A stretch of 64,000 nucleotides of DNA from NCBI RefSeq assembly GCF_006345805.1, contig NC_042997.1, forward strand, positions 193,316,001 to 193,380,000. The letters run 5' to 3'. Both the position numbers and the translations under genes were made by a program. Within the stretch, counting starts at the first letter, position 1. Each line of letters opens with the position of its first letter. Under the pieces are notes generated by a model. It did no database searches and was not told the DNA's origin. It saw only the letters and a list, made by a program, of their open reading frames with translations. Below are positions 26,343 through 38,649 of this stretch, piece by piece. Source of the DNA: Octopus sinensis (taxonomy: Eukaryota).

Positions 26343-26904
26343 TTATTAAGGTTTGAAAAATATGCTCATGTCAATACAATACTCAGGTGGGACTTGATAA
26401 CTAACAGGCTGGACATAAAGACTGATACCACAGTTGGTTGAGTATATGAGACAGCTATGCCTGAAAAACAAGATTCATATCTAAGCTTGCCTCTCCACAA
26501 AGCTTCACCACTGCTGACAGTTGCAAAAACATGCGGTAAAAAGCAATCAACATTTAAAAATTTTCTTTCCAGATTCTGAAAACTCAGAATTTTTCAAAAG
26601 CTAATAAATTAATTTGCCAATATCTGGTAGAATATAAGGCTAGCAGAATGCATGATGGCATTTTGTTTGGCTTTACATTCTGAGTTCAAATGCTGCTGAG
26701 ACTGACTTTGCCCTTCATCCTTTATTAAGGTTTGAAAAATATGCTCATGTCAATACAATGCTCAGGTGGGACTTGATAACTGACAGTCCGGACATAAAGA
26801 CTGATACCACAGTTGGTTGAGTATATGAGACAGCTATGCCTGAAAAACAGGAGAATACTGAAAAACAAGCTTCATATCAAAGCTTGCCTCTCCACAAGGC
26901 TTCA
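26343..26904 (+). repeat. Local direct duplication of ~165 bp (26343-26507 and 26722-26904)
   Basis: ttattaaggtttgaaaaatatgctcatg...gcttgcctctccacaa occurs twice, with a small insertion in copy 2. Confidence 0.9.
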
Positions 26905-29900
26905 TTAAATAAGGAGCTACAAGGTGAAAACCAAAATGTTTAGTTTTCTCACCAAACTATGTTTATTTGAAAGCCCAAGTCTTGGGAAAGAAACTTGTCT
27001 CACTTCAAACACCATAGTAACTGTAATCCATCAGAAAACATCTCAGAATCACAGAACACTTTACAATCTTCATAAAGACTTGACTGATAAATTCATCTGA
27101 ACCCCTTTTTTTTGATTTCCTCAGCTATTTCTCCAGGAAAATAGTGACTGCTGGGCAAAATTGGAGTCTGATTAGATCAACAAACTAACAAATATGTAAT
27201 TAACGATGTCCTAAATTTAATATGAGTGGTGACCTTCAAGAAAACTGGATTTCTTTTTTCATTTTTCAAATGTAGTTATTTGCATGAGCATTTCATTGTT
27301 AGCCCTTTTATTTTCTTCTGAGGACACTTGAAGTGATTTTGGTCTTCCCTAGCAAAATTTAGGCATTAAATCAGAAACTTTGATCCCGATATTAGCTAGA
27401 ATGCTCCGAAAGCAGTTTTATGACTGGTAGTAATCCAGAAGATGGTTCAAGCAAAACAAAGAGAGATACCAACATTACACCCCAATAAGTTTCAACATAA
27501 TAATTTTTATATCTATCTCATCCATGCTAACATTAAAAACAAATCTTTTTTGGAACTTTTGGAACAAAGAAAAAAAAAGAGTTTTGTTTGTGTGTGTCTG
27601 TTGTCATGTCCATCTGCAACTCTCCCCACAAACTTACCCAGCCAAACTATTTTTAGCACCAACCGATCGTGGCCGTTGCCAGCCTCGCCTGGCACCTGTG
27701 CCAGTGTCACGTAAAAAGCACCCACTACACTCACGGAGTGGTTGGTGTTAGGAAGAGCATCCAGCTGTAGAAACACTACCAGATCAGACTGGAGCCTGGT
27801 GCAGCCTCCTGGCTTCCCAGACCCCAGTCGAACCATCCAACCCATGCTAGCATGGAAAGCGGACGTTAAACGATGATGATGATTGCCTTATTAAGACAAG
27901 AAATAAACCTTCTAGACAGGCTATCACACAACTCCATAGAAGCCTTCCAGAAGTTTTGATACATATTCCTTATAGTGAAATTAACTGAAGACTATTGTAC
28001 TTAGAAATAAGAAAACACATTGATCTGGTGGTCCAATACCAGAGCCAATTTGTCACGTTACCTTCAAGAGGCCTTTGGAGCACCTCAAATCTTGTCTTGA
28101 AAAAATAAAATTAAAATAATTTAACAATACATTTTATCATAAGCTGAAGTATTGGGTCTAAATATAAGTACTTAGAAAAACAGCTGGTTATTTAAAGATA
28201 AATGTTTATTTTATTCTATCACTTGACACAGAAAAATAATATAATCATTATTCACGCATTTGTGAACCTTTAATTTCTAAATGGGTCTTCGATAATTCCC
28301 CAATGAATCATAACTTTATTACACTTTCATGCAAGACTCTTTAGCTTTCACTTATTTTATGCTCCTCCTGGAGTTTTTTTTGATGTTGTTCCTTTTTTCA
28401 CTATGAAGATAGTAGTTGCTAAACCACAGCGAGTTCCATTCTTTATTTAACAGTTTTCTCATCTTTATTTTTATCATCCATTTGTCAATAGTATATACAT
28501 GCAATCTACTTTACTAGTCCACTTGAACAATACGCACATTTGAGTAATAAATCTATCGAAAGATCAATATTATCCTATGTGTTTAAGAAAAAAAAAAGTA
28601 TCAATATTCTTTCAGATATACAAAATCCATACGATATTTATTACCGTGTGTATTTATTTTATTAACTAGCACGAAATCTATTTCCTTTAACCAGGCTTAT
28701 TTATTCACGATGAGATGGGCTTTTTTTAAAGCTAGATTTTTTTGATCCCATCTTACATATCAGTATAAACTATGGCTTTTAGCACAGTCAAGAGCTACAA
28801 ATTTTTGTTTCAAATATATATCTAGGGATTTTTATTATTGCGTTCTTAGAAAGAAAAACCAAAAAAAAAAAATGAAAAGAAATTTAATAAAAACTTGATT
28901 GATATTAAGTTAAATAGGTGATCCTTTAGTGAACAATATGTGCAGTGCTTTAAGCCCTTGTCTCTCTCCTGCATAAAATTGCTTTCTCGTTAAATCTCTG
29001 ACAGTTTTTTGTTATAACAAGCAAACTTTTCTTACTCAGCTGGGTGTATATATACTGAACTGTAAGAAGAAACGGTGTTTAGAATGATTAAGCTTTATGA
29101 TTTAGCTGTACATGTAAGAGAGTCGATGACTTTAAAAAGATTAACACGAAGACAATCAAATAGGTATTGGATTTATCTTCAGCCGGTGTTTTACATTCAC
29201 GTTCCAACTTGTCTTTTATTTCAACAGGATTCTTAAATGTTTATTCTAAAACTTTTATAAGATTGAGAGACAATAACCGCTTTTCGTCGAAGCCTTAATT
29301 TTAGGGATCGAGTTAAAGAACTGCTTAGAAAATGCAAAGCGATGAGATAATTACAAAGAAAGACCAGTTTTATCAATGAATTATTTTCCCCATCGTCTTT
29401 CAACAAGTACATTTTCAACAATGCCCCAAAATAAGATAAATACTTCCCTTGCTTCATAGGTAATGAATTTTTCTTATATATATATATATATATTCGAATA
29501 TAATTTGACTACATGAAAGAAGGTGCTTCTTACCTATTCACACCTTCTACGTCAAAAAAATGAATTTCTTCAGCCAAGTGTTGGAAATAAAATGATTTTT
29601 AACACAACATATTTTGAGTATAAAACCATGATATTCACACATCTAAGTGTTGAAAATTTTTTCTACTTAATAACAGTAAAGTTTCAGTTTAGATATTTTA
29701 GGGATCATGAATGCACAATAAAGGACAAAGTTTCCCATGTTTAAAACATTGGTGTACTCGTCATATTTCATTAAATCCAACAAGATTGGGGGTTTTTTGT
29801 GTGTGTCTGACAGAAACATACATCCAATTAATTGATAGCTTTTTTTTTTTTTATTTCCCATCTTATTCAATCAAACCACTCAAACTGGAGGAATTGCAGA

Positions 29901-30348
29901 AATATGGAATTTCTTTTTATCAAATGAATATATTTAAAGCATTTAATAGATCTAAGGCAAAATTATGGGAACAGTTAACATCTGATCTTATAACTTATAA
30001 AAAGCTATATGCCTGGGTATACTGGATTATTTGAAAGGTGGGGAAAGGTTGAATGGTGAACACGTGTATCTTCAGAATAGTATCTTTTGTTTATATACAA
30101 TTTAACAGGATAATTATTAAAAAAATAAAATAATTAACACTTATAATTAATCAGTAATAAATGGGTACATGTTTTTAGAGATGTGTGAAGCAGTACTTTA
30201 TATTTTTTTTAAGTTTATTCTTTTTAAAAAATCGTGTGTAGAGAAAATACTGGAAGTGAAAGGGGGACTAATTAAGGGAGCAAATAAAAAAAAAAAAGAA
30301 ATTAATAAGTAGGAGACAGACAAATTAGCAATTATATTTTATACTTAC

Positions 30349-30586
30349 TTTCAAAAGCTTGCAAGAAAAGTTCGTGATCAGCCTTGATAGTTTCATATTG
30401 AGAATCTTGTTGATTAGTGTTAGAATTGTGATTAGTTGTATTATGATGTGTGCTATTGTGAGATATAGCATGTCCACTTTGTACATGATGGTGGTGTGGA
30501 TTGGAAGAGATGTGGTGCTGCTGGCTACCGATACCAGGTTTTTCGCCAACATTCGGCTTTTCTTTATCTCTCTTTCTAGGCTTCAT
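30349..30586 (-). CDS. SUZ12: SUZ12 first coding exon (His/Asn-rich N-terminus plus ADHELFLQAFE motif)
   Basis: ORF 30332..30586 ends ...YETIKADHELFLQAFE, the hallmark SUZ12 N-terminal motif. A phase-1 donor GAA A|gtaagt lies at 30348. Confidence 0.95.
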
Positions 30587-31518
30587 TATATTTCCGTTTA
30601 CCCTCTCCTTTCTTTAAGGAGGCAGGGCTTTGGTTATTTATTTAGTAATATTGTTGCTGTTTGGATTTTTAAAGTTCTTTTAGGGACACTTCCAGTCGAT
30701 GCAAATCTTCCGAATATTTGAAATAAATTACAAAACACGCTGCCAATTAATAAAGCGCTAAATACAATCCACATGAACACAAAAATATCAAGCTAAACAT
30801 ACACACCGTTACAAAAAAAGAGTGTCAAAGAGCATTCTAAGACACTAACAAGTAGTAGTAGTAGTACACCATTTAACAGTAAGTTACTAATAAACACTTT
30901 TTTGTTGTTGTTGTTGTTGTTGTTAGTTGCTTCGTGACTTTTAATTAAACACAATCTCTCGACCTGTGTCGTTAGCAGAGGTAAAAAAATGAAATTAATA
31001 ACGTAATAATAGCTAAGTCTAACTAAAAAAAAATTGTCTCTGCCGCCTTTTTGTCTTCTAGTATTAATGCTCGTTCAGTGGCAAGAAATGTTGATTGATG
31101 CTTCAGTGCGATGGCCGTGAAGTTCGAGTAGTGATTTTGAATTGGTTCAAGGTATGCCAGTATCGATGTAAAAAACAGAACTGAAGAAACAAGAGGAACA
31201 CATATGTATAGGGTGCAGCATATATACATATGTACACACACACGATAAAAGACTGAGAAGAAGAGAGGGGTAAATATAGTGTGCTAATAAATGTCTTGGT
31301 GTAATAAATGTAGTAGCGATAGTATGCAAACATGCACCAGTACAGCACCCGCCTTTAATGGTGCAAATACACAGACCTGTGCAATGAAATTGGAGGGGTA
31401 AAGATCTATGTAAATCCCTTAACCTGGAATACCTCGTATCAGCCCTTAGTTGTTTGTCTGGGGCAAGACGGTATTGGCAATGATTCGGTGCTGATGGCCG
31501 TTGGCCTTCTCTCCTCAC

Positions 31519-31900
31519 CGGTTCTTCTACCGGCTGTGTAAAGACCGCTGTAGTTCCGTTCTCTTCTGTTCTTCCTTTAAATAGTATTATTTCCAGGATA
31601 AATATGATTTTGTGATGGCTATAGGCAGTCTGTCCCGATTGTCCCTCAGTGTGAATCAGATATGTCCAATAAATGTTTATTTCGATATTTGATTTTTCGA
31701 GTTTTGTTTTTAAATAAGTTTGTAATCTTTAATGTGCAGGTGTGTACATATGTATGTGTGTGTATGTATGTATATATACATACATATAATCTATGTATGT
31801 ATATATATATATAAATGTCCCTCCACACTCCGGCGTCAACTTCCCAATTCCGCGGGAAGCCTGCACACACAAAGCAGTCAAGGCATCATGGGATACTATT
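31519..31900 (-). promoter_or_regulatory. Putative SUZ12 promoter / non-coding first exon with E2F-like and ZNF143/Staf-like sites
   Basis: Transposon-free, relatively CpG-containing stretch upstream of the ATG. Minus-strand TTCCCGCGGAA at 31848-31858, TCCCATGATGC at 31883-31893, and a candidate donor CCG|gtgagg at 31518. Confidence 0.5.
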
Positions 31901-34900
31901 CACCAGAATAGCAGCAACAACAGCAGCAGCAGCAGCTTTATCTGGCCCTTCTAATAGTTTACACGTCCGTCTCAACAAATTATTAAGAAATAACTAAGCC
32001 ATATATACATTTATATATCATACATACACGCACATGCATGCACACATTTTACTAAGGGTTTATCACTTAAGTGCTATTACATTTAGTTTGAGATAAGACT
32101 GGGACAAGTTGTTAGGAATAACTAAGCCATAACATGTCTGGCTCGCTTGTCAGGCCTAACTAATCCTTCATTGATCATACATGCAATCATACGTGCATAC
32201 ATGGACAACTTGCAGCAGCACGTTGATAACATATTTTTATTGTAGTTACTACTACATATAGTTGTATGTATATCTATATAATTTGGAGGATATACTCCCG
32301 AATTGATATATATATACGTTATAAAAATATGTAAAGGGAGCACTTTTTTTTATGCATACATACAGAGCAGACCACCGCTTGGTTTAATTGTAGATAATAT
32401 ACACAGTTTATATATTTATATAAATTACTGGAAGGATATTTTGGGGATTGATATATATGTGTATTTTAAAAATAATAATATTCCGATCGCTTTCCTTTTC
32501 TATGAAGCAACACTTTCGAGTTCGATACTAAAGCTAGGGCTGGCTAGGAGTAATTAATATCGACATAACTGCCATGTCGAGTTTCAATTATAACTTGAGA
32601 TCACTACTCTTCACAAAAATCATCGAATACCAAAATTTCGCCAAATTTCGTTACAGATTTAATTGATGAAGGATAGCAGTAATCCTTTAATTTTCTGTCT
32701 AGAAACTAGATGCAAAACCAGTTTCACTCGTAATGGAAATCGTTCTTCTTAAATAGACATTTCAATATTACTAAATTTTTTCTCAACATTTGTTGATTAA
32801 GTTACGAAATGTAACTTTCAAAATCGATCGGGTACGTAAAAAAAAAAAATAATTAAAAAGCTCCTTGTCCTTTTAAGATTTCGATTGCAAGATTTTAAGG
32901 TATAACGAAGTATATATATGATCTACAAGACAAACTTCAAATAAGAAATGTTAAATTTAATATTTATAGTAATGGAGTTGTCTCTAATGCATTTTTAGTC
33001 ATTTTGTTATAGGTTCATTGTTTGGTTAATTCTGATTCGTATTTCACTAGTTTTTATTTCTACCCCGACAGGAATCCTTTTTTATAACATTTCTCTAAAT
33101 TATTTCATTATTCCGTTATTTTAAACCGGAAGCTTTGATAAAAACCTAAAATAGTTCAGGGATTTTTTTTACAGAGCGGAAATATTGAAAAATTATCCGT
33201 AACTCGAGTAAATAATGTTGAAAACACTATCAGGAGTTTTCTAATCAATATGCTTTAAATTTAAATTTAATTTGGTCGTCGTTAGATTTTGAAGCTTAAA
33301 GTTAAGGGCAACTTCTGCAAAGATGTATCCAAGAAGTTAATCCTGGCAAGCCGAGCCCACCGATCCATCTTTACCCTCGGTTGTTTTAAATTCTTGTTTC
33401 ACTTATCGCCGTTAAAATCATTTAGGAAAAGACGAACATTTTTTTTTTATAATCTTAATTCTCTTCTTCCTATACATGTTACGGTCTTATGTCTAATTAA
33501 AAGAATTATTTTATCTCGAGGTACACCAAAGTTCCTGCAACTTGTCTATTCTGTTTGTTTTACCTCATTTCATTGTACTGATGATGTTCGTAAGGTAAAC
33601 AAGAGCATCACAGAATCATCTTGTGTCTTTTTCTCTAGCTTTAAGCTGTGTGCTTTGAATAAGAAATCAAAATATTTTTAGCATTCAAACAAGGACTTGA
33701 GATTCTAATGACTGTGCCAATCAAGGGAGACTATCCATAGGATTTTACTTTCTTTTTTTTTCCTATTTCCTTGCTTGAAATTTTATCTTCCTTCACCTAG
33801 CACTTTTTTCCGGGAAAAACTAAGTAATTAATGTTTAAGTGAATGTAAGTGTTTGTATAGATAAAATTAAGTGGATTTAATATCTGTTATAAATATGAGA
33901 TAATTTGAAACATTTTAAGAATCTGAAAATTTAATAAAACTTAAAAGGTTACATTGGTTTTTTTTTTCTCAAAAAGCGAAAGTAAAAAAAAATACATCAG
34001 TTAATAATGGTAAGCAATCGAATTTTATTTTATTACATAGTTTGGTGTTACAAAAGTAATAAAGAATATACAACTTGTAATTATTAAGAAATATCTATTT
34101 TAGAAGGTTATTGTGAGCTGTGGTGAACACCGTTCATTAGCGGGTAGGTTTTTAGCGGGCAACGTCTAGGACAAGATTTCAATTCTCAATAGTAATTACT
34201 TTTGTTAGATTCGATATCGTCTTTCGGAAACAAGCGAATTAAATCGTTTTCAAATGGCGTTATCAATTTTCAGGACAAATATACAATAATTTTTGCACGT
34301 ATAAAATGTTGGGGGGGGGATAACCGGGGTAAAATGAGTAATTTTTGATTTCTTATTATGTTTTCACTACCTGTTTGAAATCATTATATTACAAGAACTG
34401 CATCATCTTCCGGAGTAAAAATTGATCAGCATAGTTGTTGTTGAAGTTGAGAGAGTCCGAAACATTGTCAGGTGGCAGATACTTTTTTTTTTTTCATGAA
34501 ATTTTCCCTAAACTTTGACCATTTTGTAATCGAGGTTCTAATAAAATATCTGGATAATTTTTTTGTGTTGAACATCATTATTCTTTCCTCTTTTGGATCC
34601 CAGGTCAATTTTTCCCCACACTAATGTCTAATTTGGTTATTTTCAATTTTCAAAGAAATGTCTAAAATGGGACAAAATAAGTAACGACTAATTTCACTCA
34701 TTTCTTCTCTTTAACTAACTGCATTGTACTTAAATATATTAGACAGAAAGCCACTCGTGAAGATCGTGATGAAGCTATAGAGAATATTTTTTGTTGAGTT
34801 TTTCTTTTTATTTAGTCGAGTTTCGTTAATTTCATATATGCCATTTTTCCCTGAGCCTCTTTCATATGACCTAGATATTTCTAAATTTTCGTTGCATTTC

Positions 34901-35314
34901 TGATCTTTTCTTATGTCTAGGGATGGATATTGATGTGTGTGAGTCTGTTCTCAAATGTGTTTCTGGAGAACTGGAGCGACAAATTTACCTTATCTTGGCT
35001 AACTCATTTTGCTCTTGCTAAATTTGTCTTTATATGCTCAAAGAGAACGGCGATAATTTTCCGAGATAGTGTTCGGATCATGTTATAATATTTTTAATAC
35101 ATTTAGAAACGGTCATGGTCATTTGCTTAGATCATATAGTTTTTGTAAGGTAGAGAACATCTGTAAAAAATATTTTTTATCTCAAAGTCAAAAATGCAGT
35201 AAAAACTCCTCAATGTGTCCCGCTCCCCCAAAAGACAGAGACAGGTGAGAGTGTCACAAATAGATTTATTAGTTTGACCTTCGGGAAAAAATGGAAAAGC
35301 CTGAGATGTTTAGA

Positions 35315-35372
<58 letters not shown>

Positions 35373-35376
<4 letters not shown>

Positions 35377-35577
35377 GTAAACTTAAGCATTGCTTTTTAT
35401 AATTATGAGTATAATATTTAGGGTTCAGCAAAAAAAATTTTTGCTGAACCCTAATTATAATTATACTCATAATTATAAAAAGTAATGTTTAAGTTTACCG
35501 TAAATGGTCCTTTTAACATGCTGAACACTACTTGGTGGAATTATTAATTATTAATCAATTTTACCCTTTATTATTAT

Positions 35578-35632
<55 letters not shown>

Positions 35633-35836
35633 GTAAACTTAAGCATTGCTTTTTATAATTATGAGTATAATATTTAGGGTTCAGCAAAAAAAATTTTTGC
35701 TGAACCCTAATTATAATTATACTCATAATTATAAAAAGTAATGTTTAAGTTTACCGTAAATGGTCCTTTTAACATGCTGAACACTACTTGGTGGAATTAT
35801 TAATTATTAATCAATTTTACCCTTTATTATTATTGA
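35373..35836. repeat. Tandem duplication (period 256 bp) of a unit containing a 124-bp imperfect palindrome, separated by (TA)n
   Basis: ggtaaacttaagc...agggttcagcaaaaa-aaa-tttttgctgaaccct...ttaagtttacc at 35376-35499 and 35632-35755. Confidence 0.9.
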
Positions 35837-35913
35837 TATATATATATATATATATAATAAATAATTTAGACATAAGTCGACATTAAAAATCTGTAGTGGG
35901 ACATATTTTTATC

Positions 35914-35961
35914 GATGAACCTGATGAGACCCAAACTAATGGGTCGAAACATGTTGTACTC
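35914..35961 (+). ncRNA. Minimal type I hammerhead ribozyme motif followed by AATAAA
   Basis: CTGATGA-GACCC-aaactaat-GGGTC-GAAA-CATG-TT. Palindromic AACATGTT stem III, imperfect stem I (gatgaac/gtactc), AATAAA at 35962-35967. Confidence 0.7.
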
Positions 35962-37474
35962 AATAAAGATTTAATACCGAATCCATCTGTTAATTAATAT
36001 TTTAAACACACACACACGCACAATGAGTATACAGGGATAAATAATCTAGGCTGGTACCGTAAGAACTCTCGAACGTAGTCAGGGTTCTGGATAAACACAG
36101 GTAGTAAGAAACATCAAAGATTGCTATGGGTGAGCAATCCCACTGTAATTCTGATGGGTAAATTCGGGTTTTGATTATGCTGTATAATTAACTGTTAAAT
36201 GAAAAGAAAAATTTGAAGATGTACCAGTCGTCCATATTGTAATTGGTTTGGATATAGGATATATATATATATAGAGAGAGAGAGAGGATCTCCGACATTC
36301 GGCTATGGTCCTATGGGAGCATTCTACCGACACGTTTACCTTTAACGTTGTTTCCTGGCAGAATCGGCGTGACAGTCTATGACAAGGCTGTATATTTTTT
36401 GGATTACAAATACAATCCACCCGACGAGGCTTTATACAATTTCTGTCTACTCAGTTTTAATTTCAACCAAAGTCTATCGAAAACTTTTACCCAAGATTCT
36501 ATTCACTGGGATAAAACCCGTGACCTCTTAGGTGAGGAATGAACTCAACCATTCCGCCAAACTATACCTATACGCACGAACACACGTTTGAGTGTGTGTC
36601 CGTAAAACAAAATATCAGTGTGTATATATTTTTATTCTAATAGTTTCAGTTGTAGGACTGTGGCCATGCTGAAGCACCGCCTTAACATAGGTATATAAAT
36701 GGTCCGTTATATGTTATACACACCGGCATTATATAGGCGTGCGTGGTGTATGTGTGTTCACGCACGCCTTTCCGATTGCCCTCCCTTGGACTTTCATATA
36801 ACTTCTAGAAAAAAACGCATATTTCTAAGTGAAATTTTACAGAGGTCTTTTTGTGAGGGAAGGTTATGATTATAAAATTTTAAAAAAATTGATGAGTGTT
36901 GGATTATTCTCTTCCATTTCAACTTTGTTTGCTTATAACTCTGAAATGACATTTTGCAGAAATATATTTTCGGATGTATATATCACATTGGTGTTGATGT
37001 TTCAAATATATAAATTAGAAAAACAAATGAAAAATGCCTAAGTTCAGAAATTCGTGATAAAAATGTCGGAGAAGGACAGAAGAAAATGAAGGGAAACATT
37101 ATCTTTTTCTTTTCTTTTTTTTTTTTAGTTCCTTAATTTTATCTACATGCCATATTTGATGGCTTAAACACACAGGCATATCAGATGCACCACAATTTCG
37201 GCAGTGCTTATACGGGAAAGAAAACTTTTGGTACATTAAAACTCATGAGAGACTCAACTTTGCATATGGGGACTCGGGATGATTTTGAGATATTTTGGGG
37301 GGGAAATAACGCGCCTTAGCTGCCATAAATTATGGTAATGTAAACAAATATGGTAAATGTAAACAATCCTCTCGAAAATACAGTAAACAGTTTGTTAACC
37401 AAGTAATTAATGCTGAAAGTACTTGAGTAAAAGCGTAGGGCTTTTGGTAAACAACATTAATATATGTATATATC

Positions 37475-38610
37475 GTCATCATCGTCGTCCTTCAACATCC
37501 GTTATCCATGCTGGCATGGGTTGGACGTTGACTGAACTGGCATACTGGAAGGCTGCACCAGACTCCAGTCTGGTATGGTATGGTTTTCTATGGTTGGATG
37601 CCCTTCCTAATGCCAACCACTCCAAGAGTGTAATGGGTGCTTTTATGTGCCACCGGCACGGGTGCCATTTGCATGACACCGGGGGGGGGCGTTTACATGC
37701 CACCAGCACAGATGCACTTGGCTTGACAAGTCCTCTCAAGTACAACGCATTACCAAAGGTCTCAGTCATTGCCTCTGTAAAGCTCAAAGTTCAGAGATCA
37801 TGCTTCACCATCTCATCCCATGCCTTTTTGGGGTCTACCTCTACCACAGGTTCCCTCCACAATTAGAGATCAGTACTTCTTTACACATCTGTCCTTCCAT
37901 ATGCATCACACGACTGGCTTCATTTCTTTCAGGCGTACACATGTCCTCAGTGGTCATAGCCCATGTTCCACTGCCATGCAGCAGAGCTGTTCAAACACAG
38001 GCATCAAACAATCTGCCTTTCACTCTGAGAGAGAGAGAGGCCCTTTGTTGCCAGCAGGGGTAGGAGCTCTCTGAACTTTGCCCAGCCTAATCTTATTCTC
38101 ACAACTACACTTTTGGAACATCCACATCCACTACTAACTTGGTCACCTAGATAACAGAAGCTATCTACTACCCCTAGCTTGCCTCACTGGCAGTTGATGG
38201 AGTCTATTTTCAGCACATTTTCAGTGTTTATTGTACCTGTGTACCTTCCACATACAAAAGTTAGTTTCCCTGTTAACCTTCCTCTGATGTTGCTGCTCCT
38301 TTTACATGTCCAAAGCTTACTCTGAGTGTATCTAATGGAGTTTTGACATATATCTTTTCTACAGATTGAGCTGGGCCATCTACTTGAAAAGATTTGTAAT
38401 TTTTCTGCCTTCCTACTTACTATGACTTTTGTTTTTGCTAGGTTAACTCTAAGGCCATTTGATTCTAGACATTACTTCCATACCTGGAACTTCTCTAGTT
38501 CAGGTAGTGATTCAGCTATAAGAGCAAGGTCATCAGCATAGAGGAGCTCCCAGGGGCAGCCTGTCTTGAATTCTTCTGTTATTGTCTGGAGGACTATGAT
38601 GAACAAGATA
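37475..38610 (-). mobile_element. RTE-clade LINE fragment and tail, minus strand
   Basis: Reverse strand reads ..GCPWELLYADDLALIAES.. at ~38510-38565, followed by a degenerate C-terminus and an RTE tail. Confidence 0.75.
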
Positions 38611-38649
38611 TATATATATTTATGCAAATGATCTCGTGATCTGCAACAC

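Noticed and set aside
25990-27400. Possible very degenerate mariner transposase
   Set aside because: Only faint motif similarity (VEDLI.., IVT...W) and no clear TIRs, which is too weak to call.
30359-30721. 120-aa plus-strand hydrophobic ORF
   Set aside because: Antisense shadow of the SUZ12 exon with no recognisable homology.
33289-33681. 130-aa ORF as a divergent gene
   Set aside because: TTG start, AT-rich composition, and no recognisable domain or convincing splice structure.
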